Below, piece by piece: positions 63,058 through 64,000 of a stretch of DNA of 64,000 bases. Where the stretch lies: positions 5,443-69,442 of the IMG/VR virus record IMGVR_UViG_3300049578_000049, one strand, 5' to 3'. The notes below the pieces were generated by a model. The model made no database searches, was not told the DNA's origin, and saw only the letters and a list, made by a program, of their open reading frames with translations. Position numbers and translations under genes: made by a program. This stretch comes from a virus (lineage: Duplodnaviria > Caudoviricetes). Numbering within the stretch: position 1 is the first letter of the stretch; the number at the start of each line of letters is the position of its first letter.

Positions 63058-63160
63058 CCGTCACGCGCGACTCGGTCTCACCGAGCCCCCCGTGCATCGT
63101 CGTGGCGCAGGGCGTCGATGTTGGCGGCGAGGTAGCAGGCGGCGTCAGCGATCGGGTTGG

Positions 63161-63508
63161 TCATGCCTGCTCCGGATCATCCTGGAGCGCCGCCGTCACG
63201 ACGTCGCGGACGTGCGCGTCCCAATCGTCTCGGCGGGTCGACCCGGGGATCAGCGTGTTGTAGTCCAGCTCGAGCACGTCGTTCATCACCTCGGGGTCGC
63301 CACCGACGATCACGGTGACCTCGATCGGCTTCCGGCGCACCAGGGCCCGGAGGGTGTCCCGGAGCCCGACCGTGACCGTTGCTCGAACGAACGGGTCGGG
63401 CAGCCGTCGCTGGAACGCGATGGTTCGGTCGCCGACCTGCGTGGTGACGTGGAACCGCTCGCCGGTGTCACAGCTGTCGTAGGTGGCATCGAGGGACTGG
63501 CGCTTCAC
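63161..63508 (-). CDS. Hypothetical protein
   Basis: AAGGAG RBS plus GTG. Confidence 0.6.
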   Translation of the reverse strand: MKRQSLDATYDSCDTGERFHVTTQVGDRTIAFQRRLPDPFVRATVTVGLRDTLRALVRRKPIEVTVIVGGDPEVMNDVLELDYNTLIPGSTRRDDWDAHVRDVVTAALQDDPEQA

Positions 63509-63771
63509 AGGATCTCCTTGCCGGTCAGGTCGGACACCACGCGGGCCCACGTGGTCATGGTGTTGCCGATGGCGCGCAGCCGGTCGACGGGCAGCGTGTC
63601 GCCGGTCCCGCCGCTCCCGGCCCCGTAGCGCGTCTGGCGGGCGATGACGGCCTCGGCGTCCTCCGCATGCCCGGCGGCCTAAGCTAGGCGTGTGGCGAAT
63701 TTCAGCCCGCACTGCACGTCCACGTATGCATCGGAACTCGGAGCGCCGCAGACGGCGCACTGGGGGGTCAT
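63505..63771 (-). pseudogene. CxxC-containing gene interrupted by an in-frame TAG at 63679-63681
   Basis: MTPQCAVC...C...RLA*AAGHAEDAEAVIARQTRYG...TWARVV...*; the same frame continues on both sides of the stop. Confidence 0.55.
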
Positions 63772-63932
63772 CGGGCCATCCGCCGTTCGAGCCAGGCGAT
63801 CAGCAACGCGCCGCCGATCATCGCCATGAAGAGCCCGTACGTCTGGCCGAACTCGACGTGCACGATGCGCACGAACCAGCCGAAGGTGGCCGCCATCCAC
63901 ACGAACAGCCAGCAGAACGTTCGGTTGCTCAC
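63768..63932 (-). CDS. Small 2-TM membrane protein
   Basis: GGAGGAG RBS plus GTG; hydrophobic. Confidence 0.55.
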   Translation of the reverse strand: MSNRTFCWLFVWMAATFGWFVRIVHVEFGQTYGLFMAMIGGALLIAWLERRMAR

Positions 63933-64000
63933 TTCTCCTCCTGGTGGTCGAGGAGACGCTGGGCGAGGGCGATGCGGCTGAGCCGCCGCCGGATGTTCGG

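Larger units (their letters stand above)
1..64000. mobile_element. Actinomycete siphovirus-type phage/prophage (both ends run off the window) carrying a TraB-type conjugation module
   Basis: Terminase, portal, protease, capsid, tail, tape measure, endolysin and holins in colinear order. Phage early genes lie on both flanks. No host housekeeping operon seen. Confidence 0.95.

Overview
The whole 64 kb window is one temperate siphovirus-type element (phage or prophage) of a high-GC filamentous actinomycete. The host assignment is inferred from the BldC-like, TraB-like and DUF397-like genes. The window has four blocks. (1) About 1-12.1 kb, minus strand: early DNA/nucleotide genes (SLOG, MazG-like, beta-clamp, deoxyribosyltransferase-like, N4-C methyltransferase, SNF2 helicase, ERF, DnaQ, YqaJ). 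(2) About 12.2-24.3 kb, plus strand: an HTH regulator, a ~650-nt non-coding cassette with two aberrant tRNA-like elements, a second clamp-like gene, a BldC homolog, and a Streptomyces-type conjugation module (Spd-like membrane protein, TraB/FtsK translocase, TraA-like gene, two repeat arrays resembling clt/sps sites). (3) About 24.4-53.2 kb, minus strand: an apparently complete packaging, head, tail and lysis set. (4) About 53.3-64 kb, minus strand: accessory genes including a globin-domain protein, HNH, a thermonuclease-like gene, DUF397 and VRR-NUC. A 10-mer, GGGGGTACAG, occurs 9 times upstream of genes, in several cases overlapping a -10 box. No integrase, att site, primase, ParA or CRISPR array was seen. 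The strongest leads are a virion-forming phage carrying a TraB conjugation system, the tRNA-mimic RNA cassette, the phage globin, the motif regulon and the BldC homolog. All family assignments come from motif recognition by eye; no database search was run. Many start codons were re-picked from RBS and overlap context.
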